The notes beneath the pieces were generated by a model. The model ran no database searches, was not told the origin of the DNA, and worked only from the letters and a program-made list of their open reading frames with translations. 64,000 bases of DNA from Bugula neritina (taxonomy: Eukaryota; Animalia; Bryozoa). Positions within the stretch are counted from its first letter, which is position 1. The number at the start of each line of letters is the position of its first letter. The DNA lies in the NCBI GenBank assembly GCA_964035545.1, contig OZ037765.1, forward strand, positions 21,142,995 to 21,206,994, in the 5' to 3' direction. A program made the translations under genes and the position numbers. This document shows, in pieces, positions 1 through 12,670 of this stretch.

Positions 1-2079
1 TTATTGGAGATTTATGGCAGGAAAAAGTTGTTTAGAAGCTTTTTTATACAAACAAGCAGCCAGATTATCAGTTGCAGACATAAAGAAAACAGTATTCTGC
101 ACCTACTAAAGCAGCAATAATTTCACCAGCAACTTAAGTTGTTTCATATATAGGACTTGTAGCACTCAGTTTTAGGGATTTCCATTCAATCAATTTGTAA
201 GTTTTTCACTTCAGCTACTTTCCCTCTACTTCATCAGCATTTTATTTTTGATTTCAAGTTACCAACAGCATCGAAATAACTTTTAGTTTTCCCTCCCAAC
301 TTCTACTTTTAAACATCTGAATCTATTTTCGACCAGTCTATCAAGGTTAACTAGTGCAATCTGTGCATGCATGTACGTTCTGTCATATTTCGGCTGGACG
401 CAGTGGCTGGGCTAAAGTTGCCAACTTTTCTCTTCTAAATTTAAGCCAATCATTCGAGTGCACCGAAGCCTACTTTTTAATATACTTCCGGCCCAAGGAT
501 GGACATCTTGAAGGTCTGCCGTCATCGCGGAACTTTTGAATTTTGATTGGATGGAGTCATAAACACACCCACCACCAACTCTAAGTTTATGTGGATCCAA
601 CGGGTAGCCTCACTATCTTTTCAACCGGTTTATTACACCATTATTTTGTCCTGCACACCGTAGGCAACAAATTATTTCTTAGGATTTGTCCATGTTTTCA
701 GGTAGGTTTAGATTGTCATTGTACAATTAGGTTAAGATATTCCAATGCTTTACACTTTTGGTAATGGCTATGTTTTTTGGTTGGTTACATCTAAGGATTA
801 AATTTTAAGCAAGATGAAGAAATGAGCTTCAGATTGTATTTGATGTGATGAAAGAAATGTAATTGAGACCTTGATCTTTCAGTTTTTGTAAATGTGATAC
901 TAAAGCTTATCTGAGATTGCTGCAGTACCCTTATCTCTTAGTAGAATATTTACAATCTCTATATTATTCTCTGTAGTCTTTAGCATTTGTAGTTGTACAG
1001 TAAATGAGCTACAATGACTCAGTCAGTATAATATGTACATAGATTACTCTTGGTATTGCTGCCAACATGTGTTAGCTGCAGTTCTTTGCAGTCAGTTACA
1101 TTTTCATTCTTTTGCTGGCCGATTCAGAACCCAGCACAAATTTCTATTTTAATATTTTACTCATTTCTCATCTAATGTAACTTGATTTTACCCCCATAAT
1201 AGTTCTCTATTGGTGTGATATCACTATAACTAGCTGTCGTCATAATTACTATTAGTAGCATTACAATATGGACACCTCAGTTTTGACAAATCCAGTTCTA
1301 GCTGCGTTTTTCATTTTCTATTATTTGTAAATATTGGTGTGATATTTTTGCCAACTCACTCAACTAACCAGACTTGTACTTGTTAGAGTTTCAGCTGCCT
1401 GTGGCAGCTTCTAGTTGCTGTAAATAGTTGGGAATTGCCATATTATTTATATTTTCTAGTCCTGGTCTGTCACTCTGAAAATATGTCATGCTGGTAGCAC
1501 TGTGACAGTTCCAAGTATTATTACAATTATATAGGATGCTATGTAATTCACTCTGAATAAACTGACGCAAATAATGCAAATCACTAAACAATTCTTAACA
1601 TGTAATTAAGTGAATTGTAAATTTTGGTAAGGTTGGAATGATAATTAATTGTAGAAAATCTGGAAGTGTACACCAGTAATTAGCTAGTAAGTTGGTGATT
1701 ACAAGTTAGACTTGTAATTATAATGAAATCATGTCGTTGAATACTTGGGATTACAAGCAAAAGCCCTTATTTTGTAGTACCTTTGAGTTAAAATGTAAAT
1801 TTTTAGTTTATTGCTCACTAAATAAGGGAAAATTATTGTATATGCTTAACATCCAGTAGTAGCATGTTGATTGGCTTGTTGAATTCATTGACTCTTGGTC
1901 TTCGAATTAATTTTATATAATGACATGCTCTCCAGGTATGGTATGAGTGCTCAAAAACAATGCAGTGGTTGACATTGATTTGTCGTAGGCAATAACACGC
2001 GTACCTCCTCTCAAAAAGATACTCTAAATCATCACACTTTTATTGCCATTTCTATTAGCTAAGAATGCAATTATGCTGA

Positions 2080-2400
2080 GGGTAACCAATATATAGATTA
2101 GGAGGCCGCCGTGCTTTTATTATCTACTGCTACAGTAAGGTATTCTATTTGCTATGGAATTTATCAGCCATGCTGTGACGTTAGAGTAGCGAAACAGTGT
2201 GGCGTTCTATTGGCTACCCATCAGACATTGATAAAGCGTTGTGGTTGGTTAAAGTGTTTAGTAGTGGTAGTGGTAAAAGAGAGAGGCTGATAACAGTAAC
2301 CACAGGGTTCAGAGTTGAATACAAGCGAGCGGATAGTAGGTGTGTCTATTAAAAGATAGCTGCGCCAGTTTACTGTCCGTTGTAACTGCTGTTCACTCAT
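2080..2400 (+). promoter_or_regulatory. Candidate promoter of the NR1J gene
   Basis: CpG-retaining segment with CCAAT (2086-2090), CRE-like TGACGTTA (2176-2183), reverse CCAAT (2209-2213) and TATA-like TATTAAAA (2347-2354), upstream of a donor-terminated exon candidate ending at 2664. Confidence 0.45.
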
Positions 2401-4254
2401 AGCTTCAAGTTGGTTTAGTAGAAGACTGATAGCTTATCGCGACGTATACTGTATTTAACCTCTGACTCATTCTCAGGATATACTCGTATAATAGTTACTG
2501 CGTGGCTTCCTAATATACTATTCCATATCTGGCGTCCAAATAGCTTACATCTTACATACACACTAATTCTAGCATAGATCGAGCCAAGATGATGTGTATG
2601 AATTTTGATCAGTTTGGGGTTGGACCGCCTGGTAAAGTGCACGGGACATCTACTGGACCTGCTGGTATGTTGTCTTATAGTTGTGTGTTTAAAGATGCAA
2701 AGTTGAAACTACAGTTAATGAAAAAATCACTATTCAATTGTCTGGTTTTGTTTTCTTCCAGCTTTTTCAGTGAAATGTCTCCTGCGGCAAATGAAAAAAA
2801 CTTTCATTAGCAGTCAATATTTTGTGAGAAAAGAGTCTATTCTTGCGGGCTACAGTATAAATACATTAACTATACTTGTGTCATTGATTTGTTGTCAATG
2901 GCTTGCAAAAAAACTCAAGTACCAATAGGATATTTTATCAGCTATTGCACAATAGAAGCTCTGTGAAATATTTACATTGGCGCTTAACTTTTTTTCATTC
3001 CCTGTTGCATTGATTCTTAGTTTCCATAGGCTTTTGTAATGACATATGCTGGCTAAAGAATAGAGTTATAATGGCAAATGAAAGGACCTCATTGATTTCA
3101 CACCACCATGCTGTTGTTTTAAATAGGTCTACAAGTTTTTTTTCTTGAATTGAGTAATTTGATATGTGTTTGCCATGTCTCACAGTGTGGCTGTGGTCTA
3201 CAAACATTGATTAGCAAACTGGAGTGCTGAAAGTGAATTCAACTTTCGTGCTATTTTATACACTCTCTCACTTCGGATTACATACTTCTTATATTTTCTA
3301 CTGGATCTGGCGATAAATCTGCATCTTTTCAGTTTTGATAAAAGGGGCAGTCGATTTAAATGTTGGTTTAAATAATAATCAAGTTGGAACTGCCTTAGCC
3401 CTTTTGCAGGTATGCTTAGCCTTTATAATATTGTAAGGGTAGATTCATGCCTTACTGTGAAACTGCGCTGTGACCTTATTAGTTCTGAAGTTGAGCTATA
3501 GGTACAGGCTACATGCATCATTTTCTGATTCTTGGCTACTAAAATAACTCAGATTTTAGTGTTCACATGTTTTGCTACTAGGTTTACTCTGTCTTTCTGG
3601 TGTAATGTTTTGAATTCTGCTGTCAAAGCTTGCGGCAGCAGCAGTCTGCTTACATTGACACGACAGGCAGCACTGTGAAGGTATTAGCTATACTTGTTCT
3701 CTGTTGAACTTGTAACCAAGTGTACACTACTTAGCATACACACTACTGTTTGTTTGCTTTTAGTATAGGCCAACTCCATTATTTACATTAGATTCATCTA
3801 TCTACTTCTATAAACGAAATTTGCCTTGGCGCCTCTCTATTATTTGACTCCGTAGAAGATTTTATAGCTCAAGGGGTGATGAGTATACCAGAGTGCATGT
3901 TAATTGTTTTATTCTTAAAAGCGTCTAAACAATAACATGTATCTTTTAGTCAGTGTTGATGTGCATTAGACATGTCACCTGTAGCTTATCATATTCTCTC
4001 TTTCACTGTCATTGTCACTGGTATATTGTCTCTTTCATATCGAAGCAATAATCTTTATTGCCTTACATTTCTGACTTCCATAATTGTTCTTATATTCAGC
4101 TAGTTTACTGAGCTTCGGGTTAGATGTGGGCCAAGTTTCAATAACAAAGACCAGATTTTGATGCCAGCATGGAAATTGGAACTTAATTAATGTTCTTTAT
4201 TGTCCATTTTTATTTCCAGGTTTGCATGCATTGTGGGAAACGGTTTTCCTTAAA

Positions 4255-7200
4255 ATGGAACAAGAACCCGACCAGTTGAGGCACCGAGGCAGACCCAAAG
4301 AAGACAAATATTGTGGAGTTTGCGGAGACAAAGCTCTGGGTTATAATTTTGATGCCATATCTTGCGAGTCATGCAAAGCCTTCTTTAGGAGAAATGCACC
4401 AAAAGGGCTGGTGAGTTTATATTCAGAGTTGAAAGCATACAGCACTGCTTTAGCTATCATAAGTGAAAGTTAATATAATAAATTATAATTTTTTAATCAT
4501 TATTCACAGCTGTCTGCTGTGTTAGTTAGAATAGCCTATCAATACACAGCCTTGTGGTCTAATCAACCACATCATAGCTTGCGGCTAAATTCAATCAATT
4601 CTACGTCAAGTTATTTTGCCAAAAAAGGTGCCACAACCACATTTAAATGATGTGGTCAGATTAGACAGACTGGTTTTGAAATTCGCAGCTCCTGTGTGCT
4701 CACACCATGATCAGGGTAGCTCTTTATTCATTTTTGAAACGTCTATGCCTTCAACTTGTATATAATATGCTTGCATTGTGTTATTGTTAGAACAGTTGGG
4801 ATACTCTATACCTCTTAGTGACTCTGATAACCTGTAATAAAACAGGATATGCTATTTCTAGTGACTTACTAGACTACTAGTAGATACTACTGTATTAGAC
4901 GTTGCCCCAGTTATAGCCATTTCACTGACTGAATTATTTTATCTTGTTATTGGCAAGCACCAACTATTTTATTGAGCTTAATTTGTTTCCTATTTAATTT
5001 ACTCCTAAAATGGTTACATCATGATTGGCTGATTTGGCCTACTTAACTAACTCCAATTTCCACCAATTTAATTGGTTTTCTTCTTAAACGTTCATTTGTG
5101 TATTAGAAAAGGCTTCTTACGGAATAAGTATTATAGTTGGGAGAACATAAGGTTGTAATGAGCATGCAGATAAATAACAATGAAGATAATGGAGATGGTA
5201 TTAGTGTTAATGCAGTGTTGTTAGACACACTGGCTCTTGAGTTCGCTCTCTCTGTCAATGAATATACTAATAATGTGAGGGATTATTATTTCGATGGTAT
5301 TCCCCTGTAGTTGAACCTGAAGGTGATGTATTGTAGTGTCACCAGACCAGCAGTTAATTTACCTACAGATGTGTTATCTTTAGCTCATAGTTCTCAGGGT
5401 CAGTCAAGCTCGGCTTTCATCCTTACTGTTTGCTCATAAAATATTCATGGTCTCCAGATCAATCTCCGTGCAAAGTAAAATCATTGACTGGTTCATGTGT
5501 TTTATTGTTGGTGGAAGTTTGCATTGTGTTGCGTGAAGATATAGCCGATAGCTATTAACCTCGTTCTACTCTCCTGAGAGGGTTTGTACGCTGAAACTTC
5601 TTTTTATTTTTATCTGAGTAGTTCATGTTTAGATACCAAACATAGTTGACTCTTATTAATTTTAGGGCTCCAGGGAGGTGTTTCAATCAATTATTATAAC
5701 ATATATCGAAACAATGTAATACATGATTGTACAGCCTAGCTGGTGGCTCATAATATAATTATAGTCTATTTTTCAACATCAGCATGTATGCTGTATTTAA
5801 GCCATTATCTTTTGAATGCAACCGGTCATGAATTTTATACCATGTTTTTTTCTACAGGAGTATTTTAAATGTCCATACGATGAAAAATGCAAAATGGACG
5901 TATCAAACCGTCGGTTTTGTAAAAGATGCAGATTGAAGAAATGTTTTGACATTGGCATGAGAAAGGAATATATTCTGTCAGAAGAAGAAAGGATGAGAAA
6001 AAGACAGAAAATTGAGGAAAATAGGTTAGTTGGGAAAATATTTTGGTGACAGTTTGCACTCATTTTCTCTTTTATAAGAATTTAGCGTGGATAACTAGAA
6101 GCAGGTTTTACTGCAGATTAGATTAACCCAACAATTTTATTGAAGTTTTGCTTAACACCAGTTAGTTATGAAAGTCAAGTGTTTACAAAGTAGCAATGCT
6201 TAGTCACCATTCAACTTAAATACTCATGTTGAATATTTTTTCAAGTAGGTGTAGAACAGTCGAGTTAATTAACTCAGTGCTCGAGTTTATCAGTGAATAT
6301 TGAGGCTAGCCTTTATTCTTTATAGCAGAGAAAATATTACTGATACAATGCAATTGGTTAGTAACTTTGTAAATCTCCTACTGTGTTTTATTCAATTATG
6401 GCGATAAACCTAATCAGTACCGCCTGTTACTAGTATTTCAACGTTTTTTAGTTACAAGTTTCCAGCAGATCAAAGTTGGTCGCTGGATTGTATAAATATT
6501 TATGTGTAGCTGGCAGATAGTTGAACTTGTGCTACTACTGTATTCAGGTCACATTGCAAGTGATGGAGCTAGTGTGTACAGCCAGCTCAAGTGTTATTTG
6601 TAGTAACTGATATTTGTAAATGATTATACAAATTTACATATTTAACTTTGTGCCCTATGGTTTTGAAATAATAGCAATATTGCAATTACTGAGGCATTAA
6701 ATTGTTTGGAGTTTGACTGTTTGATTGTTTTTACAGGAGAGCTAGAGAGATAGAGAAAATGGCACCAACTGAGCCGCCAATCATGATGATGAACAACAAC
6801 TCCATGATTATGCCCCTTGAAGAAGAAAGCACAAGTCAAAATGGTAGCATAGACACTGGCATACACGATATCTGTATGGAAATAGACACTCCTTCTAGTG
6901 ACACAATCCCTCTAGATGCAGAAGAAGCCACGCAAATAGAGGAAATTGTACAATGTTATAAATCATCATTAGAAATCTGTTCAGAAAATCTGCCTCCTCC
7001 AGAAGAGAAAAAATATATTTATGACTTAGTAAACGTCTGCGAGGTTAGCATCAGACGAGTCATAGACATGGCAAAGAAAATCAAAACTTTCAAAAATCTG
7101 CCTCAAATCACTCAGATATGCCTGCTCAAAGGCGGTTCCATTGAATTACTCATCATCAGGTCAGTTCTGTCGTACGACAAAGACAAGTCTCAGTTCCTGG

Positions 7201-7742
7201 ATGCTAGTGACAATCCAAATATAGGAGCCATGACCTTGGATCAGTTTGAGAAAGCAGCCACCAATAATAGAGTAGAATCTGCAGGTGAAACTCCACCTAT
7301 TGATCCCAGTCTTCAGACTCGTTTGGTACAAGACATCATGAGGTTTGTACATGTTCTGGCTGTTGAACTTCAAGCGGATGAGACCATGCTGATACTTCTG
7401 TTGCTGATATCTTTGTTCTCACCCGATCGGCCAAACCTTGATCTCAAAGAAGATGTGGGTAGGGAGCAGGAGAGGCTAGCTCTGCTGTTGCAGCACTATA
7501 TAGAGTCTAAACTGCCCCTTGCAGATGCTAGGCTTTTCTATCCTAAATTATTGATGAAGCTTACAGACATTCGAGACTTGAACGAGGAATCCTCGCAAGT
7601 GTTTCTTAACATGAGCACCGACACTATTCAGCCTTTAATGAAGGAAGTTTTAGACTTGAAAAAGAATAGTGGAAGTGCAGTCAGTTCTCCAGCTTCATCT
7701 GATACCAGCCATTCAAATCTCTCTGTTCAACAGGTCAGTTGA
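4255..7742 (+). CDS. NR1J: Nuclear receptor of the NR1J group (HR96/DAF-12/NHR-8-like, VDR/PXR-related), 3 coding exons, about 442 aa
   Basis: Exons 4255-4410, 5858-6024, 6737-7742 join in frame at GT-AG sites. C4 zinc fingers [27 protein letters not shown] (P-box ESCKA, typical of NR1J) and CPYDEKC...[17 protein letters not shown] signature [17 protein letters not shown]...[23 protein letters not shown] and AF-2 PLMKEVL. The N-terminus may extend into upstream exons. Confidence 0.93.
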
Positions 7743-7981
7743 GTCAGTATCGTGAGGGAATTACTACTAGACTCTAATGGTTGCACAGGCAGAAGTGTGT
7801 ATATAATGTATAATGCGGTCTACCTCTCACCAATGACTCAACTTAGAGCTGATATTGGTAGCTACTGTAGGACAGGTGTCTGTGTGGCTTTGAGAAATGA
7901 AGTGGTGCTTAGATGATGTGGTGACAACAAATCAATCAAATTTAACAGAGATTTTTTTACCAGAAGTATTTATATTATAAT

Positions 7982-7987
7982 AATAAA
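7982..7987 (+). terminator. Candidate polyadenylation signal of the NR1J gene
   Basis: AATAAA about 240 nt after the stop, followed by a T/GT-rich stretch (tttagtttcttttttgtt). Confidence 0.5.
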
Positions 7988-10900
7988 TACTTTAGTTTCT
8001 TTTTTGTTCAAAGTTTGTATTAGTTTTGCTACATGGTATTATTAGACTCATAGAATTAGAAATTAGTATCACTGATATTACAGCTTTGTATAATTGAAAA
8101 AATATGTTGTAAAAACTGGGATATTATGGTGTTTGTATCAACTATACTACTGTTTTAAGTTTGCCTAAGACTATTTAAATACTTCAACCAATAAAATAAA
8201 TACAGTACCTTACTCTAAGATTGTTATCTGATGGTCTATAAAAACACGGGCAGTAAGCGTATCTGGTTAACTGCACATATTCTGAAGGATTATTGCATGG
8301 AGAGATGTAGTAGATATGCAAGCTCACTGCACATCCCTGACACATGGGTACCTGATTGGAGAAACAATCACATAGATGTTGTTAGTATCGCTTGGCTGGT
8401 TATTCTACAGTCACATCATAATATTGCTATTATTTTTAATTGAGGCTGTTAGATCAAAAGAAATGAGCGATCTATTTTTTAGGCTTACATATGTCAGATT
8501 TAAGCTTTGTATGTCAGTTTTAACCAGTTCTTAGTAGCTAAATAATTCATCTTCAAATTTATTACCTACCTATATATCAGCATTTATCTCTTGGGTGATG
8601 ACAATTTTTATACTAGAAGAAATCTTCACTTTCACTTTGAAAAAGTCAGCTGCAAGTGAATAACAAATAAACTGGCATACAGCTACGAGTATTCAAATTA
8701 TACATGTCGAGCGGAAAAGTTGATTGCGTAACTTGTATTTGAGCTAGATTCTTTCACATTGCTCATAGAACTCGGTGAAGAATTTGGCTGAAAACCTGGC
8801 TAACCTTGGAGGCTATTTTGGCACTTTTTACCAGCTTTTGGCACACTCTCAGGTTGAGTGCACTTGACAAGCAATTAAAGTCATCACCTCTAGGATTTTG
8901 TGCTGTGGCCTTTCAATGACGGCCTGTAATACTAGCATTTGCACATAACTCCCATAAACTATTGAGATAGGCGATATTATATAATGCATAAGTTAGTCTA
9001 CATCTATAAGGGACCAGGGGTAAATCAGACACTTGAAAACCACACTTCAGACAAAGAATGTGCAATTTACACTTATGCGCTAAAATAACTGGTTACCCTA
9101 CTTATAAAAGTCCAAACAATGGTTCAAGCTAAATGGTGGCCAAAAGTAGGCTGAAATTATAATGTAATGACTTAAAAGAGCATAATTCTAGTTAATGGAT
9201 TTAAATTAGTTAATGTTGAGGTGTACAGCATTATATTGGCCAATTAGAGGTTTGGCTTCCACTGTCTCAAACATAGCTAAGATGCTTTTGTAGATGGTCA
9301 GAGGCCTTGTGTAATACGGTGACTAACAAGACGCCTCCATAACATTTATGAAGAGTGACATAATTTCTGTCCCTCATGATGGAAAAGTCAGCATATTTTG
9401 GTGGCACATGCTATATGGAAGATTGGACAATTATCAGTATAATGCTGATGGACATGATAGTTTTAGTCTTATTAAATATGAAAATTCGAATTTGGTATTT
9501 GGGAATAGAGGAGCAGAGCTAGTGTTTATTGAAAATCTCTACATAATTCTAACAAATTTTTGTAGTATGAAAGCTTACCTGGTTCAAAAATAAAACAATA
9601 ATGCCCTGAACTCAAACACAAAGCCTTTAAAGTTTAAAAACTAATCAAAAAGCTACATTTTTGCACACCCCAAGTATGGAAATTCTGGAAAACATCTATT
9701 ATAAAAGAAATATTATTTGGATTATTTCAACCAAATCGAGACTTTTTGTGAGTTACATCCAGACCTAATATAAAATAGTTAGAGAGCACGTAGCAGAGGG
9801 GAAAGCATAAGAAGGAAATGAGAAGGCAAGTTTAAGTGGCAAGCATGAGTGTTAGAGGTGTGAACTGCATATGTGCCTTTTGTAGCTGGGATTACTTTTA
9901 ATTACTTTACAGCATGACTTTTAAAGGGCCTAGTACTTATACTTGTATTTCATTGCCAAGTATAATACTTTGTGATAATAAAAACAAACTATTTTTATTT
10001 CTTATCGCACATATAGCTGTTGAGATATTTCATAGTTCACTGAAGTTTACTAAAGGTCAATAAACCATCAGAATCAACAGCAGCAGCATATACTTTGTGG
10101 TAGGAGTTAGTAATATCATCTAGTTTCAGGATACGATATTAGATCCTAGTTCTAACATTTTGAACTTGATAATGATTTTATTAAACTGGGTTTGTGTGAA
10201 TATGTTGAAACTATTTCGTCTAGTGAAACATGGCAGCTTTATGATATATCTAAAATTTTACAAAATTGGAGCGTAGTTCAAGCTTTGAGCAGGGAACTTT
10301 ATCTGAATCAGCCTTTGTGAAAGTAAACTTTTCTAAGTTTGGAATTTCAGTTAATGATGATAAATAATTGATGAAAAAGCAACTTCAAATTATCCGTACT
10401 CCCTCTGGTCTTCAATTTAGAACTTCAGTCTTCAATTTACGAACTGCTTTAAAATTTTGGCTAAATTAAATCAATAAACCACAAGAATTCTGGTATGAGA
10501 TTACCTCCCAGGACACAACAAAACACCAACTATTACCAAAATAATCAGCAGTGCACAACATTTCTTAATCCTGTTTTCACTGTAATTACTATTGGAAACA
10601 GTAAGCTGTATAGTCTATAATAATGTTTCAACACTTGATGTAAGTGCGTATGAGTTTAAACATTAAAGTTCAAGACCTTTTATCAAAAGATAACCAAAAC
10701 CTTCCAGTATTTTATCATTGATGAACCTCAATAATTTGAGTGTTTTTGATTATTATTAATGCAATTCCAGTGATACAGGTTAATACAGACATCTTAGTTC
10801 TAGCAAATAGCTATAAATTCTACTCCAGGTTTTCAAACCGTAATTTTACATAATTTTCCACAGTCCAAATCTCTATATATAGCCTGTAAATTTTGTAACT

Positions 10901-12670
10901 TAATATTTGATTGTTTGCGAATGTGAAGCAAAATGTTATGCTACATATTTTTTAATTGTGCGGCTTGTCTTCTGCCTCATATGTAGTATGGAAGTTTTTG
11001 TTTGATAGTCGTATCAATTAGAATATTTTAACTGCTATGACAGCCAACTATGCAACTTGTACTTAGATTTAAAAAAAATGAAATTACTTGTAGAGTAAAT
11101 TGGGAGAATATTTAAACTTGCACCTGGCATAGTTACTAACCTATAGCAGAGCCAACAAATGTAATTAATAGTGTTCCTAGGCTGGCCTTTCCACAATTAG
11201 GGAAAATGACATTTAGAGTTGGGTATACAATCTTAATGCATAAAAACCATTTTTTCCATTAAATCTCACCAATGTGTGTGTCAGTGACAGCAACATGTAT
11301 CAGTTCCTACCAAGAGTGTGGGGCTTAGGCTAGAAATTACAAATTCAATACTATTACACTGGGAACTCACACCTAAAATTGGCAATATGAATATTTCAAC
11401 ACAAAAATTTACTGCTAGTTGTGCATAAATTATGCAGTGAAAGTATTGAACAGTTAGCTATGCTTTTTATAGTTTCCTAGACAATACAGTTGGCAACCAG
11501 CCAAAAGAGTTTATAATATTATATGGTCATTGTTGACCAAATCACTGTGAGTGATTACAACACCCTAGCAATCAAGGAAGCAGCATGGTGCATCAGCTAG
11601 TCACCCTGCACCTCATGAACCCTTACTCATCATCTGAAAACTCTCAAGTCTGTTGCAGCAGTTGTAGCTTTTCATCCTCAAAACAAATGAAAACTCATAT
11701 GAGTTTACAGTTCAGGGGTTTTTAAGCAAGCTGGAGACTGGTAATACTGATACAGAAACTGTCTAGGCTGTAAATATGTTTTATTCTATGTGCAGACACT
11801 ATGTTTGGTTGCTGTAGCTACTTGGTTGAGCTGGTAGTTGACAAGTCATTGTAGAATAGTTGTTCAGAGTGAGAACAGTTGCACACATAAACATTTTTTA
11901 TTAAGACCAAAAGAGAAATACAATTTATCCTAGCAAATTGAATGCTTCATGTGAAAGTGAATAAATCAAGATTCTTGAAGCTATAAAACTTTGCCAAATA
12001 GACTCTTAGAAGAGATTGTAGATTTTAATGGAATGTATGCACTCTAGCATGTCTGGGAGAATAATGAGATAAGTTGATAAATGGTTTGTATACTGAATAA
12101 AATTAGTTTTAACTTTCAATTAATCATGAATCACCCTGCTGCGCAGTGTTTTATATTTTGATCAATATCTCTGCTCTTAGTCAGTAAGTTCATTCATGAG
12201 CTGGTCAGATAACCAATTTGTGTGTAGTTTTTAAAATGCTTCAAGCAGAGTAATCTTTTCTTTATAGTTTGATCAAAGATCCGATTTCATGGAGGTTGAT
12301 AATTCAGCAGTTCATGCTTTATTTAAAGGACAGGTCATGGTCAAGCAAGCTGCTGTTTTTCAATGCAATACAGTAATACATAATTTGTAGCCATTTAGGT
12401 TACAAGTTTCACCTGGTTGCTGCATAGTTTGTATATTTCAATGAACAGTCTTCCAGGCCTTTCTAATGGACATTAAAATCCAGTACATGTTTACAACACA
12501 CATATTACCAATGTAGCATTTTCATTTGACAGAACTTAGTATTTTGATACTTGGCGATACATAGCACAGAAGTATTTCCAGTGAAATAAATTTCAAGAGT
12601 GTCAAACATATTTGTTCCCCAGTTGAATGTCCTATATACATATTCACTACACTATAGTGAATTGCCAGTC

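Noticed and set aside
10397-10445. Stowaway/mariner-like terminus TA-CTCCCTCTG with a short tandem duplication GTCTTCAATTTA
   Set aside because: No matching opposite terminus nearby. The only similar one (14014-14023) lies beyond USP14 exons.
11791-11810. TGCAGACACTATGTT shared with 40816-40830
   Set aside because: Similarity does not extend beyond about 20 nt, too short to call a repeat family.
12332-12343. DR0 element AGGTCA-TGGTCA
   Set aside because: A single imperfect pair within the probable USP14 3' UTR; plausible by chance.
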